Positions 24,726 to 34,800 of a DNA stretch of 50,321 bases are shown piece by piece. Each line of letters begins with the position of its first letter. Position 1 is the stretch's first letter. Source of the stretch: Lentimicrobiaceae bacterium (lineage in GTDB: Bacteria > Bacteroidota > Bacteroidia > Bacteroidales > WCHB1-69); NCBI GenBank assembly GCA_009787485.1, contig WQWP01000002.1:1-50321 (forward strand), in the 5' to 3' direction. Position numbers and translations under genes: made by a program. The notes below the pieces were generated by a model. The model did no database searches. It worked only from the letters and a program-made list of their open reading frames with translations, and was not told where the DNA came from.

Positions 24726-26729
24726 TTAATTCTTAATCAATTTGAGTGTTTCAAACGTATTATTTTCTTTATGTATCCTTACGAAATATATGCCTGTTGG
24801 CAACTGAGAAATATTTATCTTAATTCCACTGTTTTCCGTTCTGCCTTCTGCCTTCTGCTTTCTGCCCATCATATCATAAATCTCAATATTCGTGATTCGT
24901 GATTTAACATTTATAATTTCAATCCAATCATTTGCCGGATTTGGCTTTAACATAGCAGGGACTGGCGACGGTTCGCAACAATTTGGAGATGAAGTGATTT
25001 CACCGAAAACAGGCCTTAACATTGGAGTGCCTTTGAAGACAGATTCTTCCCATATTCCACGCGTGTTAAATCTGAAAAACTCCCGCGAGTCGGTATTTTG
25101 GTCGAAACCGATATTCAACTGTACGTTGCCGTGTTGCTGAAAGCCTACCCAAAAAGTTCCCGATACCGGAACTTTCTTATTAAACGGATATTCTACAAAG
25201 TCCAAAAAATCTTCTTCAAAACCAGGCCGGTTTCCTTCCAAAGTATAGAGTGTGTCACCGGGTACCCCATTGTTATCTTTCCAAACAAAGATAGAGAATA
25301 GGGCGTTTTCGTTTGCAGAATTTCTTGTTTGGTTGAACCACATACGCACTGCACTTAAGTCATCGGGCTCCTTCAACGAAAATTTCATCGCCAAATAAGC
25401 TACATTAAATTGATTATTAATACAATATCCATACTCTGCCGTGCCGTCGTCATACGCATAATAATCGTAAAATTTTTGTTCAAACACACAAGTATCATTG
25501 GCAAGAGCAAAATCTTCAGCCTCAGCAATTCGAAAAATATGGGTGATCGTAAAAACAGTAGTATCCTTTAAAACCGGCGTAAATCCAATTGCCGGAAAAG
25601 CTTGATCCGGTTGGCTCTGAATGCCTTTCTCGAAATAGTGCATAATCTGAAAAGCATGCATTAAAATATTATATTCATAGACCACATTTCCATGTTGAGT
25701 AATGTTATATTGATAAATTGAAGTACGCGCTGCATCACTAAGGTTGGTAAGTTGATTAGTAAAATTAGATTTCATATTTGAGGGTTGAAACTGCTTCCAC
25801 GGCATCGCCTGATAATTGTTTAAGAAAGAGGTGGTAGGACTTACAAAAGCCAGGTCGTTCGTAAAAATATCGTTAGAGTTTCTATTCACATCCAAACGGA
25901 TATAATCAATATGCCATTGATCTACATTGCCTTCCCAGCCCGCAATGCCTTGTTGCGGCTCGAGGCTTGCAAAGTTTCTAAATCGAAACTGAAAATTATC
26001 ACAGAGATACTTAGGGTCGGTAATGGGGATTAACACCTGCCTAAAATATTCGAGGGGATTTTCGGCAAGCCATTCATCAATATTAAACCCGTGCGAAAAC
26101 CAAACTTGATCCCAATAAGTGACATAAACAGTGTCTTCCAATACGGTATAACCAAATTCAAGTATCAGTAAGTCGTTATGTTCGGGCTGGTTTCCAATAG
26201 TTGCTTCCACGCCTGCACCTGCTACCCCTCCGCCTCCGGGTTGAAAGTAAAAACTGAAATAGATAGAGTCTGCCGGCGTAATTCTCCGAATCGTATCTGC
26301 CAAAAACAACGAATCCAATCTGATATAGCGCGAGGTCAGCGTGTCGGCGCCTCTGGGAGTAGTGGTCAAATGAGGATAAAGTTCTCCGTGTTCGTTCAGG
26401 GCATCTAAGGTAACCACACCAATAGTGGGCGGAAAAACCGGAAATGTATGATTTACAAAAGCCTGTTTGTCCATAAAAAGTTTTTCATTAGGATAACCGG
26501 TATAATTAGAAAAGTCTTCAAAAAAAGGCAATAACAGCGGAGCGTGTTCAGCGGTAGATTTCTGTTTAAAAATTTCTCTATGTTGCTGATTTTCTTTGAT
26601 AATTTGAGGGTTTGTTCGGAGGCCCGTTAAAAATTCCTGAGCTCCTAAGGGAGCGCACAAGCCCAACAAGAAGAACAAGAGTAGTATTTTACTAACAAGA
26701 GGTCGTATAAAATTGTAATAAGTATTCAT
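24726..26729 (-). CDS. Secreted protein of unknown function with a T9SS type-A C-terminal sorting domain
   Basis: Signal peptide (LLLFFLLGLCAPLGAQ) and a C-terminus ...KPNPANDWIEI...IEIYDMMGRK...QLPTGIYFVRI...LKLIKN. Its start overlaps the upstream stop (TAATG). Confidence 0.7.
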   Translation of the reverse strand: MNTYYNFIRPLVSKILLLFFLLGLCAPLGAQEFLTGLRTNPQIIKENQQHREIFKQKSTAEHAPLLLPFFEDFSNYTGYPNEKLFMDKQAFVNHTFPVFPPTIGVVTLDALNEHGELYPHLTTTPRGADTLTSRYIRLDSLFLADTIRRITPADSIYFSFYFQPGGGGVAGAGVEATIGNQPEHNDLLILEFGYTVLEDTVYVTYWDQVWFSHGFNIDEWLAENPLEYFRQVLIPITDPKYLCDNFQFRFRNFASLEPQQGIAGWEGNVDQWHIDYIRLDVNRNSNDIFTNDLAFVSPTTSFLNNYQAMPWKQFQPSNMKSNFTNQLTNLSDAARTSIYQYNITQHGNVVYEYNILMHAFQIMHYFEKGIQSQPDQAFPAIGFTPVLKDTTVFTITHIFRIAEAEDFALANDTCVFEQKFYDYYAYDDGTAEYGYCINNQFNVAYLAMKFSLKEPDDLSAVRMWFNQTRNSANENALFSIFVWKDNNGVPGDTLYTLEGNRPGFEEDFLDFVEYPFNKKVPVSGTFWVGFQQHGNVQLNIGFDQNTDSREFFRFNTRGIWEESVFKGTPMLRPVFGEITSSPNCCEPSPVPAMLKPNPANDWIEIINVKSRITNIEIYDMMGRKQKAEGRTENSGIKINISQLPTGIYFVRIHKENNTFETLKLIKN

Positions 26730-27343
26730 TATTCTATGGTTTCGTTTTCATTTTCAAAAGGTAAATCGTCCGTATTTTTTCCAACCACTAAGGTGATAGT
26801 TTCCCCTGCGCTGATTTCGGTTCCCGGCGCAATCGCCCGTCCTCTGTAAAGCTGCTCTAACACAGCATTTTCATAATGATCCGGTTTAAAAATAACCGGT
26901 CCGCACTCCAACCCGATGGACTTTAACATAATTTCTGCCTGCCGCAAAGAGATATCTTGCAATTGCGGCATAATTACTTTCGGAGGCTCGCTCGAAGCCA
27001 CCGTAACATACACTTTTCTTCCCTTTTTCACCATCTCGCCCACGTGCGGGTCTTGCTTCAACACAGTTCCGGGCGGCACACTTCTATCATATATATAATC
27101 TGAAATAACAATAACGTAGTCTTTAGCCCCTCCTTCATTATTCATTATTCCATATTCAATATTCAATAACTCCTGCGAATCCATCCCTATAAAATCGGGC
27201 ATCACCACTTCTGTTCCATGCCGCGTATAAGAAGACAAAGCAAAAAGAGCGATCATACAAATGATAACGAACGCACCAATAGCCAATAAGATATGAAATC
27301 CCAATTTTCGAGGTGAAGAAAAAAAAGTTCGCAATCCGGACAT
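26729..27343 (-). CDS. Membrane-anchored PASTA-domain protein
   Basis: An N-terminal TM helix and two PASTA-like units (VVMPDFIGMDSQEL..., VIMPQLQDISLRQAEIMLKSIGLE...). I start it at ATG 27343; the track start is TTG 27373. Confidence 0.65.
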   Translation of the reverse strand: MSGLRTFFSSPRKLGFHILLAIGAFVIICMIALFALSSYTRHGTEVVMPDFIGMDSQELLNIEYGIMNNEGGAKDYVIVISDYIYDRSVPPGTVLKQDPHVGEMVKKGRKVYVTVASSEPPKVIMPQLQDISLRQAEIMLKSIGLECGPVIFKPDHYENAVLEQLYRGRAIAPGTEISAGETITLVVGKNTDDLPFENENETIE

Positions 27344-27430
27344 TAGAGCATAAGTATTGTTTATAAACAACAAAAATATAATTTTATTATAATTGAAGGT
27401 GTAATAAAAATTAGGTATAAATTATTTTAA

Positions 27431-27438
27431 TAGTTTTG
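27431..27438 (+). promoter_or_regulatory. Candidate Bacteroidota -7 box (TAnnTTTG)
   Basis: TAGTTTTG lies 27 nt upstream of the ATG at 27465. No clear -33 TTTG. Confidence 0.35.
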
Positions 27439-27464
27439 CAGCGATGTTTTAACTTTTTTTCAAC

Positions 27465-28813
27465 ATGAAAAATTATCTTATATTTTTTTTAACTGTCATA
27501 ACCATTTCGGCGCAAGCGCAGGATCTCGACAGTTTGTATAATGTTTTCAGTAATGCAAGAGGGGCAAAGCGCATCGCTACCGCGAATGAAATTGCAAAAT
27601 TTGCTTACGAAAACGAGTATCTTGACCATTTGATCACACTGAAAAATTCTGATGAAGAATCATTGGTTAAAGCAATCATTTACAATGCGATGGGGAATTA
27701 TTTTTTGTCAACAAAAGTAAATTACGAAAAAAGTCTTGGTTTTTTCAAATTGTCGCTCGATAATTATGAAAAAGTAGGAAATGATACCGTTATAAACATA
27801 TTAAATTCTGACATTGGAACTATTTATGCCCGACTTGGTGATTACGAAAACGCCATAGCATATTATTTGATCGGAACGAAACAATTATGTGCTTTTTCAA
27901 CGTAACGCTTACGATTTATTGAGTGAAGCATACGACAAACTCGAAAACGCCAAATCCTATTATTATCATGTAAAATTTACCAATCTCAACGATTCAATTT
28001 TTAAGGAAGCAACTCACAAACAGCTCAACGATTTTCAGATAAAATACGAAACTGCCGAAAAACAACTTCAAATAGAGCAGCAACAAACGCAACCGCGAAC
28101 TTGCCGAAATAAATGCCATCAAAGATAAATTTTTCAGCATCATTTCGCACGATCTGCAAAACCCTGCTCTGGCTCAACGCAATGCGCTGCAAGTAGTAGC
28201 AGAGAATTTGAATGTTTGGGATACCGGAACATTGTCCAATTCTATCCGGCATCTGCTCAAATCGGCAAACGGAATACTCGAACTGCTTCATAACCTGCTC
28301 ACATGGGCGCAGATACAAACGGGAAGGAGAAGTTTTATACCTCTGTCGTTTAATCTCGTTTCCGAACTGCACCCCGACTTGGAGATTATACGGAATATGG
28401 CAATTCAAAAAGATATTGCATTCGAGGCACTGATGCCCGAAGATGCCGTGATTACCGGCGACAAAGATATGCTGATTACCGTGGTGCGCAACCTGTTGAC
28501 CAATGCCGTTAAATTTACCGCGCAGGGAGGAATGGTAACGTTGGATATTTCCCCGTGTAGAGATGGGGCGCGCCCCGTCTCCACAACAAGATATATCGTT
28601 TCTGTAAGCGACACCGGAGCAGGCATCGCCACAGAGCAAATTCCAAATTTGTTTCGCATTGATAATCAACGTTCTGCGTACAGTGCTACCAACGAAACCG
28701 GAGCCGGATTAGGCTTGATTGTTTGCAGTGAATTTCTAAAAAAACATGGCAGCAAACTTCATATAGAAAGTGAAGAAGGGAAAGGAAGTAAGTTTTGGTT
28801 TGAATTGTCTTAA
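27465..28813 (+). pseudogene. TPR-containing sensor histidine kinase broken by two frameshifts
   Basis: It spans three consecutive ORFs in frames 0, 1 and 2: TPR-like N-terminus (27465-27905), coiled coil (27889-28128), and a third frame open from 28076. The third reads ...NAIKDKFFSIISHDLQNPA (H-box), then the HATPase N and G boxes (VVRNLLTNAVKFT, DTGAGI, GAGLGL). No TM segment is visible. Confidence 0.65.
28557..28584. repeat. GTAGAGA/TCTCCAC hairpin element, copy 3, in frame inside the kinase ATPase domain
   Basis: gtagagatggggcg-cgccccgtctccac: a 12-13 bp stem with one mismatch and one G:T pair. It is translated as ...SPCRDGARPVSTT... between the N-box and the DTGAGI G1 box. Confidence 0.7.
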
Positions 28814-28862
28814 TCCTATTTTGAATATCTTTCATTGCTCTTTGCCAATACGTTTTTTTCTT

Positions 28863-28894
28863 TTTGCTGAAAGAAATTTATTTTAATATTTTTG
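28863..28894 (+). promoter_or_regulatory. Candidate Bacteroidota promoter for prfA (-33 TTTG / -7 TATTTTTG)
   Basis: TTTG at 28863-28866 and TATTTTTG at 28887-28894 with a 20-nt spacer. The ATG is 21 nt downstream. Confidence 0.45.
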
Positions 28895-28914
28895 CCGCCC
28901 AGTAAAGAGAAACA

Positions 28915-29997
28915 ATGAACAACCTGTTAGAAAAATTAGAAGCTATTTACCAACGCTGGATATCTATTGGCGAGGAGATTACGCAACCCGATGTGATGTC
29001 GGATATGAAACGGTACATCAAACTGAATAAGGATTATAAGGATTTGACCGCCGTTGTGGAAGCGTATAAAGAGTATAAAAATGTACTCGAAAATATTGAG
29101 AATACGAAGGAAGTTCTTGTTAATGAGAAAGATGAGGAGTTTCGTGAAATGGCAAAAATAGAGTTTGATGCCTTTTTAATGCGCCGCGATCACTTGGAAG
29201 AAGAGATCCGGCTGTTGCTGCTCCCTTCCGATCCGCAAGACAGCAAGAGCGCGCAAGTGGAAATCCGTGCGGGCACAGGCGGCGACGAAGCGAGCATTTT
29301 TGCCGGCGACCTGTTCCGGATGTACCAACATTATTGCGACAAAAAAGGATGGAAATTGGAAGTGATCTCTATGACCGAAGGCACAGTAGGCGGTTTTAAA
29401 GAAATTGTATTTGAAGTAATCGGCGAAGGCGTTTACGGGTTGATGAAGTACGAATCGGGTGTGCACCGCGTGCAACGGGTGCCTCAAACCGAATCGCAAG
29501 GGCGCGTGCACACCTCTGCCGCCTCGGTGGTGGTGCTTCCCGAAGCCGATGAGTTTGATGTGGAACTAAAACAGAGCGACATTCGGAAAGATACGTATTG
29601 TTCTTCCGGCCCGGGAGGGCAATCTGTAAATACTACATACTCTGCGGTTCGCCTCACGCACATTCCTACCGGCATTGTGGTGGCCATTCAGGATGAAAAA
29701 TCGCAATTGAAAAACTTGGAGAAAGCGATGCGCGTGTTGCGCAACCGGCTGTTTGAGCGCGAGTATCAAAAGTGGTTGGATGAGGTCGCTTCAAAACGCA
29801 AAACCATGGTTTCTACCGGCGACCGCTCTGCAAAAATCAGAACGTATAACTATCCGCAAAATCGTGTTACCGACCACCGGATCAACTTAACGATGTATAA
29901 TTTGACGGGTTTTATGGATGGGGACATTCAGGATACGATTGAGGCGTTGCAGGTGGCGGAGAATGCGGAACGATTGAAAGAGGCGGTGGAGGTCTAA
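28915..29997 (+). CDS. prfA: Peptide chain release factor 1
   Basis: 360 aa with the GGQ motif ([11 protein letters not shown]) and RF1-type [14 protein letters not shown]. Confidence 0.92.
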   Translation: MNNLLEKLEAIYQRWISIGEEITQPDVMSDMKRYIKLNKDYKDLTAVVEAYKEYKNVLENIENTKEVLVNEKDEEFREMAKIEFDAFLMRRDHLEEEIRLLLLPSDPQDSKSAQVEIRAGTGGDEASIFAGDLFRMYQHYCDKKGWKLEVISMTEGTVGGFKEIVFEVIGEGVYGLMKYESGVHRVQRVPQTESQGRVHTSAASVVVLPEADEFDVELKQSDIRKDTYCSSGPGGQSVNTTYSAVRLTHIPTGIVVAIQDEKSQLKNLEKAMRVLRNRLFEREYQKWLDEVASKRKTMVSTGDRSAKIRTYNYPQNRVTDHRINLTMYNLTGFMDGDIQDTIEALQVAENAERLKEAVEV

Positions 29998-30467
29998 ACA
30001 ACCAATACCACTGCTTGCGCAGCAATCGCCTCTCCCCTACCCACAGCATCCAATCCCTCATTGGTTTTAGCCTTAACCGATATTCTACCACGGTCTATTT
30101 TCAATATCTCAGCCAACCTATCTCGCATCGCAGAAATATAAGGCGCCAATTTCGGCTGCTCCGTAATAATAGTAATATCTACATTCTCAATCTCATTGCC
30201 GTTGCTTTCAAGCAACGGCAAACAATAGGCAAGCAACTCCGCGCTGTCAGCATTTTTGTATGTTGGGTCGGTATCCGGAAAATGCGTGCCAATATCTCCC
30301 AGCGCGGCGGCGCCGAGCAGCGCATCTATTAAAGCATGGATGGCGACATCTCCGTCGGAGTGCGCCACACATCTTTTGCTGAACGGGATGGAAATTCCGG
30401 CTAATTTAAAATCTGATTCGGTGGAAGGGATTAATTTGTGGATGTCGTAGCCTGTTCCGATGCGCAT
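29994..30467 (-). CDS. ispF: 2-C-methyl-D-erythritol 2,4-cyclodiphosphate synthase
   Basis: [12 protein letters not shown]...[34 protein letters not shown] start it at ATG 30467 because the longer track ORF only translates a repeat element. Its stop overlaps the prfA stop (convergent). Confidence 0.9.
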   Translation of the reverse strand: MRIGTGYDIHKLIPSTESDFKLAGISIPFSKRCVAHSDGDVAIHALIDALLGAAALGDIGTHFPDTDPTYKNADSAELLAYCLPLLESNGNEIENVDITIITEQPKLAPYISAMRDRLAEILKIDRGRISVKAKTNEGLDAVGRGEAIAAQAVVLVV

Positions 30468-30486
30468 GGTTTTGATTTTGATATTA

Positions 30487-30538
30487 ACTACCCCGTCTCG
30501 CTTCGCGAGACACCCCTTCAAAAATTGAAGGGGATTTT
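30487..30538. repeat. Double-hairpin element, inverted copy of the one at 1811-1860
   Basis: aactaccccGTCTCGC-ttc-GCGAGACaCCCCTTCAA-aaa-TTGAAGGGGatttt. Its reverse complement aligns with 1806-1863 except for paired changes in one stem. Confidence 0.8.
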
Positions 30539-30540
30539 CG

Positions 30541-31785
30541 TTAATTTTTAATTTTTCCCTGGTCTTTAACCTGTTCTCTGTTAAATGATTTGAGCATAAA
30601 AGTCAACGAAAAACGTAAGGTATTTTCGAGGGGGTGGGTTTGGGTAAAGGGGAAGAGGTAACACACATCAATGGCGAAGATGTTGTATTTGATGCCCACG
30701 CCAACGGTGACAAATTGTCTATTCCCTTTAAAAGCATTTTCTACAAATACACCTGTTCTCACAAACAAAAGATCTCTGTATGAATACTCTATTCCGGTTG
30801 ACCAAACTACTTCTCTGAATTTTTCACCCACACCTCCGGGAGCGCCGTAAAAAGAGCGGCCAATACCTACAATGGGATTAAAATCAGACTGTGGTCTCCC
30901 TCCATTTCCGTAGTACATCCAGTCATTGTTTACGGTATCCATACGTCTAATAGAAGGCGTTGGAACCAAAAGCTTTCCGGCTTCAACGCCAATCGCTAGC
31001 TTATTATAATCATCAAACATCATGCTATAAGTCAAGCCCAAACGCATGTTGGTAGGCAAGAAGTCGCGCCGCCCATTCGCTTCATTAGAATACGACATTT
31101 TATTTCCTATGTTTGAGATATTGAAACCAAACATTAATTCAGAGCTTTTAAAGCCTTCTCTGCCGTGTGCAAATTCTTTATTTATAAAAAGAGAAATATC
31201 TACTGCGCCTGCTAATCCGGGTCTCGTCATCACCCCTTGAAGCTCAGTTCCCGTAGCAAGATTTGAATAAATAAAACGGGGCGTTACCGCCATGGAAACA
31301 ATATTGGAAAGTTTTCTTGAATAAGTAAAATCAAGCGAAAACTCATTGGGGTTTCCTTCGCCCGTTTGAATACCTTCTATATCGGTAAAGATAATATTAC
31401 CTAAAGAAAAATAGCGCAACGAAAATGCAATAGCATCATTTTCAGAAGCTTTCCAAAAAGTGGATAAATAAGCCAAATGGACATCATTGACTAACTTACT
31501 TAGCCAAGGGCTATAAGCAATTCCTATTCCGAAAATATCTTCATTAAATACATATTTTGCGGGATTGTGGTGTTGCGAGTAGTTATCTGCCGAGGTTGCC
31601 ACGCCCATATCGCCCATCCCGCCGGCGCGCGAATCCGGTGCTATCATAAGGAACGGGGCTGCTGTAGTAATGGTATTATAGAAAGGCTTAGTTGGATTTT
31701 CGGGATCAAATTCACCCGCTTGCTGCGCCGATAAAGAACACATTAAGAAGAAAAGGAAAGAAAAAAGAAGCAAATGCTTTTTCAT
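30541..31785 (-). CDS. porV: T9SS outer-membrane shuttle protein PorV (LptO)
   Basis: 414 aa with a signal peptide and TAAPFLMIAPDSRAGGMGDMGVATSADNYSQHHNPAKY. It sits immediately downstream of porU, the canonical arrangement. Confidence 0.8.
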   Translation of the reverse strand: MKKHLLLFSFLFFLMCSLSAQQAGEFDPENPTKPFYNTITTAAPFLMIAPDSRAGGMGDMGVATSADNYSQHHNPAKYVFNEDIFGIGIAYSPWLSKLVNDVHLAYLSTFWKASENDAIAFSLRYFSLGNIIFTDIEGIQTGEGNPNEFSLDFTYSRKLSNIVSMAVTPRFIYSNLATGTELQGVMTRPGLAGAVDISLFINKEFAHGREGFKSSELMFGFNISNIGNKMSYSNEANGRRDFLPTNMRLGLTYSMMFDDYNKLAIGVEAGKLLVPTPSIRRMDTVNNDWMYYGNGGRPQSDFNPIVGIGRSFYGAPGGVGEKFREVVWSTGIEYSYRDLLFVRTGVFVENAFKGNRQFVTVGVGIKYNIFAIDVCYLFPFTQTHPLENTLRFSLTFMLKSFNREQVKDQGKIKN

Positions 31786-31841
31786 GATATAAAATGGTTT
31801 ATGACTATAATCTTCAAAAACGAAACATCAATCCTATTATT

Positions 31842-34800
31842 TTACAGGATAGCAATTTTCTCAATTTTCTCTGCGGTTTCGCCTTGTGAATTTCGCACGG
31901 TTAAACGATATAAGTAAACGCCTTTGCCGATTTTGTCTCCGTATTCGTCGCGCCCGTCCCATTCAATAGGATAGCTTCGGTTGCCTTCTAAAAACTGCGT
32001 GGTTTGGATCGTTCTGACCAATTTTCCGGAAACGGTAAAAATGTGCACTAAAATATCGAATGATTCCAACGGCTGGTTGTGCTCAAAATAGAATGATGTT
32101 TTGGTGGTAAAAGGATTCGGGTAATTCAAGACATGCGCCAGTTCCAATTTTTGATCCGATTTTACTACAAAATCAATGGAGGCTTCCGAGGGGTTGTTGC
32201 AAATATCCCAGGCACGAACTTTTATGGTGTGCGTTCCGGGACTTAAGTTTTGCAGCGGATAGCGCACCGTGCCGGAGTTATAACTGTCTTGATCCGCTAA
32301 ATAATAATCATTCAAAATGATCTGTTTTTCAATATTATTATCTAAAATAGCCACTAGGTCGTGCCCAATGCCGTTTCCGGTGGTGTTGATGCCGTATTCA
32401 TCTTTTAGTTTCAAAAATAACACAGGATCCGGGTTGGTAATGCCGCCCGGAACAAATTTTTCATCGTTCAGGAAAATTCCGATCTCGGGACCTTTATCAT
32501 CGGCAATGGGTTTGTTACTTATTCCTCCAATAATAAAATTGCTATAAGAATCTCCGGCATCATCATTTTCCGAAGCGGCGTAGTAGCTTATCTTTCCGGC
32601 TCCGTACTCATAATTAATATCTTTGGGCACAATAAATGAAAATTCAAATTGCCCGTTTGTTACGGTGGCATTCCCTTTAAAAATTACATTTTTTTGCAGA
32701 TCGAACTCCATAATGCCGGCGGAAGTAGTTTCTAATGTTTTCTGTTTAACTACTTTGTCAAAAATAGAAGGATAAATATTTCCGGTAAATCCGGTAAGCG
32801 TATTTCCGGTATCATCGGTTACTCTACCTTTCACGGTTACTTTGGTTAAGGCTTTCAGGGTATCTAATTTTTGCAGGTCTTCGCCGAGAATTTCATCGGT
32901 TTGCACACGCTGCCCGGGAACATTCATTCTCATAGCGGGGTCTCCTATCAAATAAATCATATTGGTAAGGTTATTGTCAATTCCACCGGCTCTGTTTTTT
33001 GCAAGCCTGTGAACCTCCCCTACTGTTTTATATCTTCCGTTTTCCTGGTGTTCTTGCCACGGGCTTCCTATTTCATCGAAGAGAAATTTGCCGAGATTGT
33101 TATTCGAGTAACTTACCCGCGAAGTCGTGATGAGTGAACTAGCGCCACCGTTTTCATTTAAGAAAACTAATTCGGCAGGCGAAACCGCCGGTCGGTCGTA
33201 CCAGCCGAAAGAGCAGGTGAGCGTGATCATAAGTGGCTGGTTATATTTATTTTTCCAGTTGTTAATATCCGATTTTTCTAAGATTCTTGCATGCGACCAA
33301 CCATTCTCACCGCCATGTCCGAAGTAAGCAATTACCAGCGTGCCACGTTCCATTCTCATATTGATAGCCTTGGTGGCATCCGGAAAACGTTTTCCTCCGG
33401 CATAAGAAACAGCCGGAAGCGCGTTGCAATATATTTTATCCAAATTAAAAGCAGGATATTTTTCTGCCACCTCTTGTGCCGACTCGTCCGCATGTTTTGC
33501 ATGGGCAAGTCCATCAACATCCCTATTATCGGCAACAAAAGTCATCACATTGCGCCAATCTCCAAAGTTTGGAATTTGAGAGGCATTTTGCACAGGTATC
33601 TTAGATCTCTTTGAGGCATTGATGGTTTTATCCACTACGGTTTTAGCCTGTGCCAGGTTGGACACCGGAAAACGTCCTACCGCCACATTGATCGTCGAAC
33701 TTCCACCGGCGCCTAACACGCCAAAGAAATCATCACCCGATCTTAATGCGTTTTCAAAAAGCCCGGTAGCCACCTGATAATTCGGAACAAACAGGCGCGT
33801 GCCGGCTGCCCGTCCCCTGTAATCATAAGAAGGACGTCCAAAAAGAAGCAAATATTTTATGGTTTGCGCATCATTCTCATATAAATATCTCATAAAGTGG
33901 CGCATCGCCAGAGGGTCTTGCGCGCCCGACGAAAACTCATTATATACTTGTTCCGGGGTAACCACCGTAACGTTTAGTCCGTCGTTTTCAGTTCTGAATT
34001 TCGCCAAGCGGTTGGCTTCCGACAAAAAATCGGGATGGGAAACAATGACCATATCCACATTTTTCAATCCGTGCAAGTTTTGATTGTTTACTTTCCCTTC
34101 CGTAGCAACAGATTTATAAGTAGTTCCGTCAAAGGCAATAAAGTTGCGCTGTTTATTGGTGGGCGTTTTGAATGACAATTGGTTTCCGGACAAATTTCCC
34201 TGCACAGCATACACGGCATTATGTTCCGTAACGTCCCAAATCATCGTTTGTGAATGAGCTGCTTCCAGTTGCACCAAGGAGAGCCTGCCTACCCCCATGT
34301 TTTCCGTGATGGCAAACGGCATCGCACCATTTGTGATTTTTAAACTGCATCGTGCCTGAATTTCAATGTAATCCAAATGTGTACCCGCAGAGCTTTGAGA
34401 AGAATTATATTTTAATGTTAACGATATATTTCCGGAAGGAAATGGTTTAAGCTCTTCATCTTTAATTGAAATAGCCGCATAATCCGCATTGGCAACTCTG
34501 TTTACAACAAGCCCCGTGCTGCCACTACCCCACGATATTTCCATCGTATTGCCCGTGGCGGTACTTGTAGAAGCTACTCTGATTTTAATTCTTGCCGCAT
34601 CATTAAACAACTCAGGCAAGGTAAACGGATATGTTCTGGTTTGACCTGCGTAGAAAGCGTCATCAAACCATTCTCTTCCGGATTCTCCGAAATTCACGGC
34701 ATCTTTTTCATAAAAATCGTAGTGCATAAAAGAAGTGATCACCCCGTTTTCTGTTTCGTTCATAAAGTTCTTGGATTCCACTCTTTTCTTTTCTCCTATG

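Noticed and set aside
28025-28669. 214-aa minus-strand ORF spanning the broken kinase
   Set aside because: The plus strand carries clear H, N and G boxes of a histidine kinase. The antisense ORF has no recognisable features and includes the translated hairpin repeat.
30468-30521. 18-codon N-terminal extension of ispF
   Set aside because: It is a translation of the double-hairpin repeat. IspF orthologues start at MRIGxGxDxH.
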